This document shows, piece by piece, positions 62,800 through 64,000 of a stretch of DNA of 64,000 bases. The translations under genes and the position numbers were made by a program. The notes under the pieces are model-generated. The model searched no databases. It was given only the letters and a program-made list of their open reading frames with translations, and was not told the origin of the DNA. The stretch spans positions 4,464,001 through 4,528,000 of the forward strand of contig NC_043008.1 of NCBI RefSeq assembly GCF_006345805.1, written 5' to 3'. Every line of letters starts with the position of its first letter. The stretch's first letter is position 1. Origin of the DNA: Octopus sinensis (Eukaryota).

Positions 62800-62843
<44 letters not shown>

Positions 62844-62993
62844 TATATAAGGGCTTAGTAAAATAAATTACTTTGCCACATACTAAGCCCTTATATATAA
62901 TGTAATATTTTGAATTCGCCTATAATGGTCCCTTTACATACTGAATACTTGGTGAAATTGATTATAATTAATTAATTTTACCCTCAATTGTTG

Positions 62994-63036
<43 letters not shown>

Positions 63037-63041
63037 ATATG

Positions 63042-63120
<79 letters not shown>

Positions 63121-63186
63121 GTATATATATATATGTATATATATATATGTATATTATATATATATATATGTATATATATGTATATA

Positions 63187-63229
<43 letters not shown>

Positions 63230-63231
63230 AA

Positions 63232-63262
<31 letters not shown>

Positions 63263-64000
63263 ATATATATATATGTATATATGTATATATATATATATAT
63301 GTATATATGTATATATAATATATATGTATGTATATATATATATGTATGTATATATATATATATATATATATATAATGATTCTTTATAAGATGTCAAGCTC
63401 CAGGCTAAAGTAATGGTACTTATGGCACCAGTTTGTCTATAAATATTACATAACTTATCTAATTTTATTTAAAAACCTATTCTATTTCATAAAAGCAATA
63501 ATGATCAATGCTGACTGCATGTTAACAAAGAAATGCAAGTATTATTTTATAAATGTTATTTAGATTTTCCTCTGAGTGATTTATTGATTTCTGTGTCTCA
63601 TCCCCCACTTTCGAACCTCTTACGTCTGCAACTTGTTCTCATATTTCTGCTGTGGATGGAGGAGGTCGAACAGTTTAATTGGACTTCTTTAACTGATGCA
63701 GACACAATGGGATAACAGAATAAATACTAAATGGTTGATATGATAAATACTGCTTGTTTATGTTTCATTTCCCCATCCCCACCCCACCACCTTCCAGAAG
63801 AGCTTTAGCAGACAACATCAATAATCTCAAACCAAACTGGTACTTGACTTGCTGGAAAAAACAGTAAAATCTTCTCTCCGATAAAAAAAAACAAAAATGC
63901 ACACCTTCTTAAACCAAAAAGGACCCTAACCAACAAGAGAGGTTCTATGTTCAAAATCAACAATCCCTTCCCTTTCAAATCAAATCATACCATTTTGAAC

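Overview
AT-rich, microsatellite-saturated eukaryotic DNA. From the repeat families and the (TA)n/(CA)n/(GA)n density I infer an octopus (coleoid cephalopod) genome; this is inference, not a database result. I cannot name any intact protein-coding gene. Most ORFs in the track are microsatellite or repeat artefacts. Recognisable content is mostly decayed mobile DNA: Merlin (IS1016-like), pogo and hAT DNA-transposase remnants; RTE- and CR1-type LINE fragments; tRNA-derived SINEs; and Penelope-like (PLE) pieces. There are also RFX X-box motifs (one perfect 14-mer) and scattered candidate exons of unidentified, possibly decaying genes. The most interesting signal is a set of type I hammerhead-ribozyme folds read by eye at six loci (3.4, 26.5/26.7, 41.8, 46.3, 47.6/48.3 and 59.8 kb), plus one degenerate copy at 49.8 kb. 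All have very short, self-complementary stem III. Between them they show three Watson-Crick versions of the core 3-8 pair (C3-G8, U3-A8, G3-C8). Three of the loci are fold-back inverted repeats, and one of these encodes a GIY-YIG endonuclease C-terminus. A second notable structure is an RTE LINE whose ~2 kb 3' UTR is a nested tandem array and whose tail is the most abundant short repeat in the window. Boundaries of decayed elements are approximate.
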